Shown: positions 1 through 13,566, counted from the stretch's first letter. The stretch: 64,000 bases of DNA from Octopus bimaculoides (GCF_001194135.2 NC_068986.1:72443218-72507217); one strand, 5' to 3'. A program made the numbers and translations. Notes: generated from the letters alone by a model not told the origin.

Positions 1-1172
1 TTTTCCTTTTATGCATATTGTCTGTAAGAATAACTATGATAATAGCATTTTTGAAGTTGTTTATATTCATGATTATTCAAAGAAAGAAGTTAATTAATCA
101 GTGTTTTTTTTTTCTTATTTTTAATCAAGAAGGTGGAAATAAGATTTGTGAATTCATGCTTTTCCTAACTATTTAAAAATACAAGTGAAGTAAAATAGTT
201 AAGACTTAGAATACAAATATTAGATTTCATTTGAAGAGCGCTTACTACACTGAGATGAAAATTTCTATTATAAAACCTTGGTTCAACATTAATAAGTATA
301 GGGAAATAGAACATTGTGATGTTTGTTCCTATCATTCAGCCATTAGTGGTATATGTGAAAGTGCTTTACAAAAACAAGGAAACTGAGTTGTAAATTTGGT
401 TCCCAGAGAATTTACAATGTCTGCTATATCATCTAGGATCATCATAACTGGACACGCTCAATGTGGTAGCCTTATCACTCTCATTCAACAAGCTGTATTA
501 GATTTAAAATTGGAACTACAGCTTTTAAATTTTCAAGCAACAGGTTAAAAACTTAATGTTTTATTTAACCTGTTATTGTATTCTAATTCTGTAAAAAAAA
601 AATTTAAAAAAATTATCGAGGCTTTTTAATTAACCACCATGAAAATCTCATTGGATAGTTATTTATATATAGTCTTTTGCGATCTCCTAAATAATTTAGA
701 ATTGTAAATGAAGTAGGTTCAATTGTGAGTTAGTCATGGTCTAAATTTACTGAAAACAGCACTTACTCCAGATCGTTTCTTCTTTCTACATAGCATCCAC
801 CTACATTACATAATTAGGTTAATGTTTCATTATCAAATGAAAGATGGTATTAGATCTTTCTGGAACATTTTGAAATAATTTTGTATTCTTTGATTTGCTT
901 TAGCCATCATGACTAAGGCCATGCTAGAGCACATGTTTAAAATACTTTAATAAGTGATTTAAAGTATTCCATAACTAAAATGTCTAGTCAGATTGTATTT
1001 TATTAACCAGATTGTTCTTACTGTTTATATGATACTTACTTCATTTCGTGAGGGTATCATATTTAAAATTATTTCACTAATCTTTTGAAATATCTCTTTT
1101 GATTGAAATACATACTTGAAATGTTATTTTGGCTTCAATGATTTTAAATTATGCCTGCTGTTTTCTTTATAG

Positions 1173-1208
1173 GCCCAATAAACGTCTTAGTTCAGCTGCT
1201 TATGCCAG
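1173..1208 (+). CDS. RAB11FIP4: FIP3/4 exon a (36 nt, phase 2-2): PNKRLSSAAYA
   Basis: Acceptor ttttctttatAG, donor AG|GTAAAT; the peptide matches the recalled 12-codon SPNRKISSTAFGR / SPTKRLSSKKVAR exon of vertebrate FIP4/FIP3. Confidence 0.85.
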
Positions 1209-1479
1209 GTAAATATAGTCCCTTAAAAACGTTTTTAATATACTTCCTCTACTAACATTAAACCAGTTTTTAAAATAATTGACAAGCTGATTGCTTTTAA
1301 GAATATTCTGCAATTATACTTTAGTTTCAAGAATATTAATCCCCCACCATCAAGTACAAAAGCCCCCAAAATATTCATATTGTAGGCAACTCTACATATG
1401 AATTCTAAAAGAAGTGGGCATCTCAACAAATTGAGTCCCATGCCCTCAGTTGGTTGTACTATAGAAACTTGCAGCTGTC

Positions 1480-1910
1480 CTCTGATATAAATTTTTGTAT
1501 CTTTTAATATAAATCAGTTAATACATCTCTGAAAACTTTTGCTGGTTATTACCACATTCAGCTTCCAGATTGTCTTCTGTTTCTAGGTCTCTGAATCCAT
1601 TGACCTCCTACTTTAAAGTTACTAGTCACCAGTCTGTGTTAAATAGTACTACTTTATTCATATGGAATAGACTTGGTATTCATAACTGGCTATCCCTTTT
1701 GTTTTTGGCAAGTACAAAGTCTATCTGGTTTCTGTGTGTATCTGATTGGTCAGTGATAAGCTGGCTGGCCAGTTTCTTGAAGTTTGTATCACAAATGGTA
1801 AGATCATTTGTGCCTAAGTACTCACTCTTCAGTTCATGTACTAGCGCTATAACCTCCAAGTATACCAGAGAAACCCTCACTGTTGCCCATTACATCCATT
1901 AAAATCAGTC
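1480..1910 (-). mobile_element. Decayed RTE-clade LINE fragment (AP endonuclease region)
   Basis: Track ORF 1680..1880(-) reads NDLTICDTNFKKLASQLITDQS..RNQIDFVLAK, typical of the APE C-terminal motifs; an xDFNG-like motif sits near 1890-1910. Confidence 0.7.
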
Positions 1911-2284
1911 ATGATGATTTTAATGGGTATAGCCAGGTTGCTGTCATTCATTTTGGAGGTAATCTACTGAAGGGTCTCCTAATAATCCTGCTGCTTAACT
2001 ACCAAGTATGTGTTAAATGTTGCTGTCATGTTGTCTGTGACTAGCCTAAACTTAGTTATCCCATTGCATAGCTTGACTATTTCAATTATAGAATACTGTA
2101 AATAGATCCTATAGTTAGTACCTGAAAAGGTAGGAGAAACACTTGCACAATTGCCTGGCAGTAACCAGCAGATTTTTGCCTTTAATTCTAAGTTTCTGAC
2201 ATAGCTGTTTTTACTATTATCATTGTTATTATTATTACCATTAAACATAGGATGAGGAGCTGGAAAATTCGCTATCATGCCAGA

Positions 2285-2450
2285 CAAAATGCTAGTGGCA
2301 TTTCTTCCAGCTCTTTACATTCTAAGTTCAAATGCTGCCAAAGTCATCTTTGCCTTCAATTTTTTTGTGGGGATCAATAAAATAAGCACCAGTTTAGCAC
2401 TTACCTCCTCTCCACAAATTCCTGGCATTGTGCCAAAATTTGAAGCCATT
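2285..2450 (+). mobile_element. SINE family A copy (core ttctgagttcaaat...gtcgactttgcctttcatcc...gataaaataagtaccagt)
   Basis: Diverged match to the core shared with about 15 other copies in this window. Confidence 0.7.
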
Positions 2451-4354
2451 ATCAATGCTTAGCATAGAATTTCATCCAATTAGCTCAGTCTATTTTGATA
2501 AGTGATGCAAGGGATGTGTTAGATGTAGACTGATGTTAACTTTGACATATGCACAAATATTGAATAAACATGTATTGTGACTATGTATGGGTTGAGACAC
2601 AAAAGGTGAAAATATGAGAGGCAGAGAGAAAATTGATAGTAACTTAATATCATGAGTTTGAAAATATGAGCCACTGGGGTCTCTAGACATTTTCAAAGTG
2701 AAGCTGCATAATAGCATTTTCAAGGGAGTGTATCATGAGAGGCTTCTTGGAAATTGTGATAGAGGGTGTTGGGCTAGTACATACATTGGTGGTGGCGGTT
2801 AGAAATTACATGTATTTTCAACACCCAAATCCCAGAAGGTGAATTTGGGTGGGGTGGGGGAAGAAGGATTTCTAAGAGGAAAGAGAATAGCTTTAGAACA
2901 ACTTTATTGTTTGTAAATCTAGGTAGAGGAAAATTTTTTTTTCAATTTACTAAGAGAGATGGTTGGTAGGATAAAAGGAGATAGTTTAAGTAGGAAAGGA
3001 AAAGAGAGATAAATGTATTAATAGTATTAATATTAACAATAATAAAAAAAAACAGCAATGAATATGAAAGGTAATTCATTGGAGCAGGGGGCAATGAACA
3101 AAAGTGCTGGTAGCTAAAAATGAGGAATGAGCATCTCATGTTTACCATCTAAAAGACAATGAAAGACTAACCAAACGTACAGAAGCACTTATATTCAATG
3201 AAAAATTCAAATCAGTAAATAACTAAATGGAGTAATTCTGATATAAACTGTTTGTGACAGATATAATATACACTTTATGTTTGAAACAATAAATTTAATG
3301 AGCATATCTTAAAGCACTAAATTATTTTATTGATTTATGAATAAAAAGTTATGAAATATGTATATGATTTAAACGATAGTTTTCAAAACCAAGTTATAAA
3401 TCTTATATTTGGATTGTGAGATTGAGGATTATTTAAGATCGCTTGCCTTAAGATCTTTGGTCTATTTTATTGCAAGGATAAGATTAATATTAAGGAAATT
3501 AAATTACTGGCATACTTGACACAAATTGAAAAGGTTCTTGCTTAATGTGGTGCATTGAATAATCTGTTGACTGATGTTGATTTGCTGCCAATCTTTTGCA
3601 TGAAAGCTTAAATTCTTTGAAAACAGTGATCTGTCCTGATATAATTTACTTCTATATTTAAAAAAAATTTTTCTGCAAAACATTTGTACTTGAAATTTAC
3701 TTACATTTCTCCTTTTTCACCTCTATTAAGTTAAACTTCAAAATATTATTAAGCTCATATCTAATGTGAATCTATTTTAATTGATTAATTAATTAGCCAT
3801 GAAGCTTTTAAAGTTTTGGATTTACTTTACACAGAAATGGTCAAAAAGTTTTGCTCACTGGGAAGAAGTTCAGAGAATCTTTACTCATATTGACATCAAT
3901 AAGATTTCCTATATATCAGTTAAAAAGCAATGAAAGAAGAGGATCTACTATAAATGGTCAGAGAGTTGGGAACTATACATATTCTAATGGTTACCTGAAA
4001 CATTAGGAACCACCTAAGAATAATTAATTATATCATTATTTTCTGGTGATGTAGTTAAATGAAAAAGTATGGATTCTAGTGAATAGTCAAAAATTACAAT
4101 TATTGATTAGTTTGGAATAATATTGACTGAGTTTGATGAAATTCAGTAGGGAATAAACAGACAAGACAAAATAATTTTTGCTAGAATAATGAATATTTAT
4201 GAGAAATGTCTCAATTTTACTTTAGTGCACCTAGATACATACCGTTTATGAACATATAGAGCCACCATAACAGGTTAGCTTCCTTTTATTCTTATCTTTA
4301 TGTTTGATATTGAAAAGCATTGAAGAAAATTGAGGATTTCTTTTCTATTTCTAG

Positions 4355-4457
4355 TCAATTACAACGAGCTAGTCGTAGCCCATCTAGAAGAAATAGTATA
4401 GGTTCTGATGAACTTATTGATGATATTGATGGGAATTTTGAAGTATTAAATGACAAA
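4355..4457 (+). CDS. RAB11FIP4: FIP3/4 exon b (103 nt): (S)QLQRASRSPSRRNSIGSDELIDDIDGNFEVLNDK
   Basis: Acceptor ttttctatttctAG, donor AAA|GTAAGT; in frame with both flanking exons; lies within track ORF 4320..4514. Confidence 0.9.
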
Positions 4458-4677
4458 GTAAGTACATATACATTTCTTGTAGCCACTATATTTGTAGTGA
4501 TAAATCACTATTAATGTTTACAGTATTGTCTTTGTCTAAATTTCTCTTTGGTCCACTATTGTGTAAGCTTTCTTATCATATACAAATACTTCTTTGACCC
4601 AACTTTAGTGTAACAATGTTTTTTTTTTTCTGCTTTGTACTTTCTCTTTTTGTCTTAACCACAATTACCACCTACAA

Positions 4678-5185
4678 CTTGTGTGGCAAGAAGTTTACTT
4701 CTGGTTCAGTCCCACTGCAGGGCACCTTGAACAAGTGTTCTCTTCCATAGCCTCATGAAGTGAGTGCATTTGGTAAATGGAAACTGAAGAAATCCTATCA
4801 TGTGTGTGTGTGTTTGTGCCAATGATATATAAAAAACACCCTGCATACTATGTAAAGTGGTTGGCATTAGGAAGGGCATCCAACCATAGAAGCCAAGCCG
4901 AAATAGACAACTAGAAACTGCCTAACCCACACCAGCATAGAAAACAAATGTTAAATGATGATGATGGTGGTGTGTTCATGTTTGTCCCCCCCCCCCCCAC
5001 ATGACAACCATTGTTGCTTTGTTTACTTCTCTGTAACTTAATGGTTTAGTAAAAAGAGACCAGTAGTGTAAGTACCAGGCTTGGAAAAAAACAAAGTACT
5101 GGGACCGATTTGTTTGACTAAACCCTTCAAGGTGTTGCCTCAAGATAACAGTTTAATGACTGAAATAAGTAAAAAATAAAAGATA
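4678..5185 (+). mobile_element. SINE family B (CORE-like) with RTE-type 3' tail, followed by a second SINE 3' segment
   Basis: ggttcagtcccactg..ggcaccttgaacaagtg..ggaaactgaagaa, then ggcattaggaagggcatcc...gttaaatgatgatgatg; the later tail is shared with 62400-62612. Confidence 0.7.
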
Positions 5186-5375
5186 TTTTATTGGTTCCAA
5201 ATTTGTGATGGAATTATTAATCAATTTCCTCTCTTAATAATCAGTTTTACTGACCCTTAAATTAAAATATAGAATGGATTCAGTAGAAAAACTCTAATAA
5301 TGATAACGATGATGGTGTTGATGATTTCTAAAGATATTTCTATAGATTTGATTTTTAATTACTTTTGCTTTCTAG

Positions 5376-5479
5376 GTAAGAAGTCTTGAAAAGCAAATTT
5401 CACTTTTGACTGAAAGCCAAATGAAGAATGATGATAAGCATCAGAGATTAAAAGAAGAAAACTGTAGTCTTATTCAAAA
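5376..5479 (+). CDS. RAB11FIP4: FIP3/4 exon c (104 nt): VRSLEKQISLLTESQMKNDDKHQRLKEENCSLIQ(K)
   Basis: Acceptor ttttgctttctAG, donor AA|GTAAGT; resembles the recalled FIP4 segment VSFLEKKV...KLKQENTQLVHR. Confidence 0.92.
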
Positions 5480-6614
5480 GTAAGTCATTAAAACATTTTA
5501 TATAATTAATATTAAAAAATGTCCAGTAACCAACAGATCATTAAATCAAAATAATGTCAAAAGTACAATAAATTTTTTAGTTTTTTTTTATTAATGTAAC
5601 AAAAATTGGTGAGTCTACAAGAATAATATATGAGACTGAATATATTGATGCTTACTTTTTTTTGAGAATCTGTAAAATGCAAGGATGCCAATCAGAAATC
5701 TTTGTAAAATTTTATTGTATAAAAAAAACTATAGCTGGAAGTTTTCTGAATTTTATCTTTGACCTATGGCTACAAGTGTAAATCTTATCTCTTGTCGTTC
5801 TGTTTGTTATTTGGAGAGCTAATGATAATTCAAAAATGCACATAGCAGCAGTAGAATTCATTGTACCAAAAGTAAAATAATCATTGATATGCATAAAGAA
5901 AAGAGGACGAGTTAATTTGATTCAGTTTCCTCAATTTACATACAGTGACCAAAATGAAGCACATGATGAGAATAAGTAGTTTGAACTTTCTGTTATTGTA
6001 TAGTTGGATAATGATGGATATTTATATAGATGTTTGTGAAAATGATTTTATTTAGTTGGTTACTGTAGTTAAAATATTGGACATGTTTATTACTTTGCTT
6101 ACTCAGTAAGACTATTTGAAAATGTGTTCCCTTTCAGTTCACTGTTGAGGGGTTAGTATTGTCAAATCTTTGTTCAATAATTCATACTTATATCTTTGAT
6201 TAGAACCAGCAAAATTTGACATGAATAAATAGATATGACAATCAATGAAATCATGTATTTGTTGGTCTTTGCTAAACATCAAATACATCATGTATTGTGG
6301 AAACTTATTAATCAAACTTGCATTCTTGTTAATTGAATTTACATTTGATTTGCTTTTCAATATCAGACAGAATTACAACTGCTGTAATAATTTATGTGGA
6401 TGATAGAGCACCACAGACCTTATCAAGAAACAACAATTAAGATGGCAAAAGTCATTTAGTATAAAAATAAAGTTTTAATTTGAAGAAATGCCTTTCTGTT
6501 TTTATAATTTTTTTTATGATCAAGGCTTTTTAATTATTAAATAAGATAAAAGGAGCTAAAATAAGAAGCATTGAAGAGCTTTTGTGTAGATTCTGAATAT
6601 AATTTTATAACTCC

Positions 6615-6830
6615 GAAAGCATGTGGCCTAATGGCTAGGGTGTTACACTCACGATTGCAAAATTGTGGTTTCAGTTTCCTATACAGGTGGTGTATTGTGT
6701 TCTTGAGCAAAATACTTCATTTCACATTACTCCAGTCCACTCAGCTGTAAATGAGTGACCCTGTGATAGACTGACCTCTTTTTCAGGGGCAATATTGTGA
6801 TCTCAATCACTTATACATCTTGAAAATTGG
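6615..6830 (+). mobile_element. tRNA-derived SINE family C, diverged copy
   Basis: Shares ttgtgttcttgagcaa..act..atttcac.tt.ctccagt.cactcagctgta with 48639-48921 and 40220-40518. Confidence 0.65.
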
Positions 6831-9800
6831 GTAACAACCCTGGGTCATAGGTTCAGGATAGCAATGTCCCAAGGGCCTTTTTTTCTTTTTCACTAAAATA
6901 ATGTGCTCCTGCATCTAGCATAAGTATATACTATTTTAGAATTACCCTTTGATTAGTTAACATAATAGTATCTGTGCACTATAAATGCTTTATTATAATA
7001 AGATCCACGTAAAGGACTCACTATGTTTCAATATTTTCCTATTCTGTTTGCACTTTAAGATCTGTTAGCATATACATATATAATTTAAAATTTATTTGAA
7101 AAAACAAAAAAGCTGTGATTTTTTTCCCATCACTATTTTTAGTGATATCGTTTATCGGTAAGTTAAAGAATTTTTGCCTGGAAATTATGTATGTTCTGAA
7201 TGAGAAATTTGATTTCAAATTTCTTTTTTGTTTTGTAGCTGCATCTTGAGTGAATATGCATATTAATTTTCCTGGCATAAATTGCATGGATGGTGTTATA
7301 GTAAAATCTAAAAATACTTTAGCTAATTTATTGCAATTACAAAATAGTTAATTATCTAATGCATCATGACTGTGTTTCAATCTTCAAGACAAAAGCATGA
7401 AGGAAGTCTTTGCCAAAATATTGAATGTTTTCTCTTTTTTTTTTTGTCCTTTCTATTAATTTGAAAATAATTATGGTTTTTAAATGTTAGCCTCACTTGA
7501 GAATTAAACATATACGCATGTGTTTTCAACTTATAAGTGTTGTTGTTACTTCACCTGTTGTTGTTACTTTTTTACTTGAATCAAATATTTTGAAGATGTA
7601 TCATATAATTGCATGATTTTTCTTTCTTGTTTATAAATAAAACTTAGATTTAGCTTCTTGTAATATCTAAAGCTTAAAGAACTGAGGCTGCTTGTTTTTT
7701 TTTTTGTTTTATTTTCCCCCCTCTGTTGACAATGAGTGAAATTGCTAACTAAAGAACATAGAGCTTTTCTGTTGGAAATAAGTATTAATTACTTTCTTGA
7801 CTAACAGGATAATACAATCGTACCCTGATGGCCACCCTGGTCAATTATCAAGCAATGTGTATTAGAATACATTTTCTATTAGCAGTGAAATTTGTCTTTG
7901 TTTCTTTCTTTTTTGAATCTACTTTTTTGAATTCTTTTTCCTGAAATTGGTTTTAAAAAATGCTGATTTTTCTCTACAAATAGAATAAAATCAAACTAAA
8001 TATCACCTCCTCCCCTCAAAAGTTTTCTTCATAACATACTGGTTTCTTTCTTTTTATTTTTCTACAAATAAGGCTATCCTTGTACAAGGAAAACAGTATA
8101 GTTAATGTAATATGATCTGCTCGTTTTTTTTTCTCTTTTCTCTTTTTCACTTTAGATATATATATCTGGCTATTTTCAGTTTGCAATTTCATCTCAATGT
8201 GTTATCTTGTAAATGATAGGGAGTTAGTTATGTAATCAAGTTAATCCAATGTTTTTTACATCTTTAATATAAAATAATCTGGTAGTTGGCCTTAAGAAAG
8301 TCAGTTAAACATGAAATATTGTCTAGTTGTATTCAAATTATACTACCATTTCTTGTCTTGTACAGTTGTGATTTGGAGCCGACAAGGAACCTTTTATGTA
8401 GTTGTTTGACCTGCTAAAAAGAGTAACCAATTCTCTCAAATCACAACCTGACGTCTTAAAAAAAGAAAGACACTGGATAATGAAAGATAATGAAGTCTTA
8501 GATACACTGTCTGAAAATGGGTTCATGACAGGGAGGGCATCCAACTGTAAAACAATGCCTCAATAACATATTCATCTTTAATTATATGATTACGGGTTAC
8601 TCGTGTTTTTCTATATAAATCTCCTTAAGTGACAAGAGTCGATGATTTTACATTAGTAACTAGCTGAATCAATTATTTCCATGTTTGTTTTTCACATAAA
8701 ACACTTAACTCTGAAGTAGTTTAATGTATTGGGTTATCAATCACATAAAACAGTTAGTTCCAAAGTAGTTGTTTAACTAATAGTTTCTCAAAGTGAAACA
8801 GTTTGTTCTGAGGTACTTTAATAAAATTTTGTAAATCTGTTAAACTGCTATGTATGGTTCTACATATCTTTTAAACTTTAAAATGTTTAAATTTACTGTT
8901 GTTGATGAGGTAAAAGTAGTTGTAAGAGGAAGAGAAAATAAGGACAACAATTATTTGTTTTTCACCTATAGACTTACCTTACTATTTTTCAAAGGATAAT
9001 ACCTAGTTTGTAAAGTATTAGAATCATAAAAATGGAAAATTCTGTCCACAAAAAAAAAAGTAAAAAAAGGGAGTATAAGATGAGGTTAACCAGTTCAATA
9101 AATTAAAACATTTTAAAACAGAGAAGTTAAAACCTTTTTTTTTCTTTCAATTCTTATGTATATTTGTCTGCATGAAGGTGTCTTCAGTAAAAACATTGTA
9201 TATGTTCTTTGTAATAAACATTTTTGTATCTTGTTGTTATATATTTCATTTTGTCTAACCATATTCATACACTGCATCATCATTTTCATGCTAGTATGGG
9301 TTGTATAGTATTTCACCATGTGTTGTGGTTTCCAATATATTTACTTAATAGTGTCTAGTCTGCTGTTGAAATGATTTTATTAGATTTCCTTTAGCTTCAA
9401 AGTATTGTTAAAATCTTGTAATATTTAATGTCACTAAAAGGAAATGTTAATTAAACAAGACTATTTACTCTTGAGATTTAGCGTTTCATTGTAGGAAATA
9501 ATAATGATAATTCAATATTTTATCCTTTCCTTAGGATCATACTTTCTTAATTCATTTATTGTTAAAACTATGTTAAATGATTTACTTTTCTAAAATTTTA
9601 TTCATATTCTTTTAGACAATTGTATCCCTTTCCAACTTTATGATCCTATTTATTTACATAAAGTAATTCTATTTTACTCCTTATACTCAGCTAAATAACA
9701 TATTTTCACTTCTGGCTGTTGATCTCAGTGAACGCTTAGTAAGACTTTATATTTAGTTCAAGCCTCTTCCGCTGTTTTCTTTCTTTCTACTGTTATGTGA

Positions 9801-10774
9801 TGAATGAGTCATTCGTTATCAGTAGTCAGTATGGCTAAGCCTAACATTATATAGTAAATATTCATGCAGTTTAATACACCTGTGTATGGGTTTCAATCAA
9901 TATATTATAGCATTTGTCACATGAATTAGGTTAATACTTCTATCAAATGTTTGTATGGGATGAAAGAGCCAAACCTAGAAGGTAATAACTTTGGAATTAG
10001 TTAAGTTTAAAAAAAAAGAAATGACCCACCTTATTATTGAAGAAATTTCTTATAATTAAGGTTCATTTTATTCCCTTTGTTTACTGCTAACATTTCACAT
10101 ATTTTCTCCATAATAATGATATTAAATAAAACCAAGATCCTGATTTTAGTTGCAGAAATAAACAGTCTTGATATCAATGTAAAATTGTTTTCTATTTTTA
10201 ACTGTTGTATTATGATAGAAGATAGATTGATTTTAGTCTACATAAAATATAGTTAATTTGACTTCCAGCAGTATCTCTTCAAATTAGGATTATGGTAATT
10301 GAAATGAGTCTATAGTCTCCTCAAAAACAGCTCTCTAAAGTATTTTTGATAAATCACATTTTTTTATATGTATTTTATATTTAATGTGATTAATGTCAGG
10401 CATTCAGTTATATGTTCCTTTTGTGGAACATAATTATTTTTAAGGATTTTTTTTCTTCACATTTGGTTGTTTAATAATTTCTAATTGTTTGGTATAATAG
10501 TATTTTCTTCTTTTGTAAAAGTCAACAACTTTTAACAGCAATCTCTTAACTGTAGCTTAAATTTAAAGTTTTTTTGACATTTATATCTAGAATATTTTAA
10601 AGGATTTGCTCAATTCAGCTTCTCTAAATTATAAAGTCCTTCATATATTTGTTTTGTGATTTATTTTTTTAATTTTTATGCGAACTTGACTGCGATGTCA
10701 AAACTATGATATTAAGCAGTTCTCTGTTTTGTCTGACACAATATCAAATTGGTATCAATATTTGAATGTATCAT

Positions 10775-10945
10775 CAGGCAAAATACTTAGCAGCATTTCA
10801 TCTGCCTTTACATTCTGAGTTCAAATTTTGCCAAGGTCAACTTTGCCTTTCATCTTTTTGGGGTTGATAAAATAAGTACCAGTTGAGCACTGGGCTTACC
10901 CCCTCTCTCAAACTTGTTAGTCTTGTGCCAAATTTTGAAACCAAT
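10775..10945 (+). mobile_element. SINE family A copy
   Basis: ttctgagttcaaattttgccaaggtcaactttgcctttcatc...gataaaataagtaccagttgagcactggg. Confidence 0.8.
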
Positions 10946-13499
10946 ATTTGAATGTATCACTTTCTAATCAGTCAGCCACAACTAAATACATTTCTTTGTG
11001 CAAATGTTTCATAAATAAAGTTTTCAAAAGAACTCCAGGTAAAGAAACTCTATTGTAACTTTTCTACTCCTGTTCACAATTTACCAACAAGAATGCTTCC
11101 CCAATAGGAAAACAGTTATCTGGAAATACTAAAAAAAAAAAAATTAACAAAGCCTAAATTATATTTATGAGTCATTTTTATTAGTGAAAATCAACATTTC
11201 CATTAAAATTAGCTGCTTTAAAAACTTAGCATATAAATTCTGAATAGAGCATTTTGAGTGCTAAAAGGCTACTATTAGCTTGTGATATTGAATAAATACT
11301 AAATTTTTTGTAGAATTGGAGGGTTATGAGTATACAGGGAATTACTCATTCTATTTATTTAATTGGATGAAATTACTAGGTTTGGTTTTGTTGCTATATC
11401 TTTTAATGTCACAAATTATTTGTTTTATTACCTCTTTAGATATAACAGATTGCTAAGCTTAAAGCTTTGGCAAAATATAATGTAAATAGATAGTTTTTAA
11501 GATACTTTTATTTATGGTATAGTTGAAATATAAATAAACTTGTAGTGTAAATAAAACAAATCTTGAAAAGAGATGTTTTGAACTAGAAAAGTTTGAAAAC
11601 TTAATCTTTTTCTTAAAGATTTGCTTAACTACACTTTCAATTAATCATGTGTAATATAATTTTAAAGACACTCTGTATTGTAATTTTACTCATTATAAAA
11701 CAAGTATGTATAAAATGTGGTAGTTAAGTTTAGAAATTTATAGTTGAAATAGAAATTAAGTATTGCTAAGTGGTATCTCTAAGAAAAATTGATATTATAT
11801 ATAACAAGGTACATTTCATGTTATGGCTCAGAAGTAGAAAGCTTTAGATTGGTGCACTTAATTTGTGGCTTATAAAAAATTAGTGAAGTTAGTACTTGGT
11901 TGAAATACATAGCATTGAAGGGAATCCAACAATGCAATAGTTATAGGAATAGATTAAATGTAAATAGGAAGAAAAATATATTGTGAAGAGCAATAAGTAG
12001 AAGGAATGGATAGATTTGAGCATGAATGGCATGTACCTAGGTTCATAATTGTATTTGGAGAAGATGCAAAATTAAGATAGTTGGTGGCTATGAGATAAAG
12101 TTGAGAATAAATCATCATCATCAGTGTTCAGTGTCCTTTTTCCATGCTCGCATGGGTTGAATCAACCAGGCTGATGAATTAATTTGAATATTATTTAAGA
12201 TGTTTTCAATATGTATGCAGTACTCTGTTTTGGTTTGTAATTTAACCATAACTGTATCAACTGAAACACTTCTTGGCTATTAAGTACAAGTTAAATTGTG
12301 AAGAAATTCGACTAATGTTAATATGAGAACAACATTAGAATTCAAAGTGTTCAGAGTGATATTGTCATTCTGAAGGTTAAGGTGGAAAAGAACACATGCA
12401 GTTTTGTGTAGTTGAATGCTATCATTTGGTCAAATTTCAGTTGGAGATTACCATGAAGGATTTTTATTGATAAAGATGAATAGCTGGTAGAATCAATTAT
12501 TACTTGCAAGAAGCAAAGTATGATCTTGAAGGAATGGAGATATTTTATCAGAATAAAAGTGTTTGGTGTTGATAGTAATTGACAGGTTATTGATAAACTA
12601 ACTGAATATTGGGGTTAATAATAGATCCTCGTTATCAACTTTATAAAATTGATTAAGGTTGGTTGATGATAAATTTATTAATGAGTTAAAGATTGGCCAA
12701 TGATAAATGTATTAAAGAAATTTCCTTGTTTTCATAATAAATACTTTGTTAATTTGTATCTGATTAGAGTCCACAAAATGTTACTGACATAAGTAATAGA
12801 GTTTAAAGGAGCTTTTCAATTATTGGTAGCTACAGTTAGTTACTTTATTTACCTTACTTGTACTGTATTATTTAAATGGTGTGTGTTAATATCATTGGGA
12901 AAATATGAATGCTATAGTTTTCCATCTCATCTAGCTGGTCTTCATTCCTAATTTAGAAAGCATTTTTTAAATACTCATATAATTTAACATTTTAAGTAAC
13001 AAAATATCTGAGAATTTTATCTTTTTCCATTATTTTAATTACCCTTTTACTATTTACTACCTGTTATCTATGTAATGTTATATGTGTATTAAGTTACCTG
13101 CACATGAGATATTAGACTGCTGTAATGCATGTATCTTTCACTGTCATAGTTAAATTAGATAGGACAGTAGTTTAATTTTGAAAAATAAACTGCTCCAAAA
13201 TAGTAGCTGACTGCTTGCTGTATGTAGTGGGTTGTTAGAAAGTATGCGGTGAGATTTTGAAAAAGGTATTTAAAGAAGAAAATTACTTTAAGTACAATCA
13301 GTACAGTTGAAGTACACTAGCTTTCTGCATTGGCTGTTGCTTTGGTATAGGAAACAGGTAGATAGAAAAAGTTTAAATTATGGTGGGACAAAGGTTTGTT
13401 TAAACAGTTTATATATTCAGTTCATTGTAATGTATGTGTATTAGAAATGTTTTATTATATGCATATTTTGGTATAAACTAGAACATTTAACTCTGGTTT

Positions 13500-13507
13500 T
13501 ATATATG

Positions 13508-13562
<55 letters not shown>
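13500..13562. repeat. (TA)n microsatellite
   Basis: Directly visible. Similar (TA)n or (TG)n tracts occur at ~14290-14335, 26415-26445, 32281-32332, 43235-43263, 48460-48499 and 50950-51030, several next to assembly gaps. Confidence 0.95.

Positions 13563-13566
<4 letters not shown>

Noticed and set aside
1138-1172. In-frame ATG (MILNYACCFLYR) just upstream of exon a
   Set aside because: It overlaps the polypyrimidine tract and acceptor, with no evidence for a start site; chance is likely.
1896-1926. 12-bp inverted repeat (ccattaaaatca / tgattttaatgg) at the edge of the RTE fragment
   Set aside because: It is short and AT-rich, and best explained by chance or a truncation scar.
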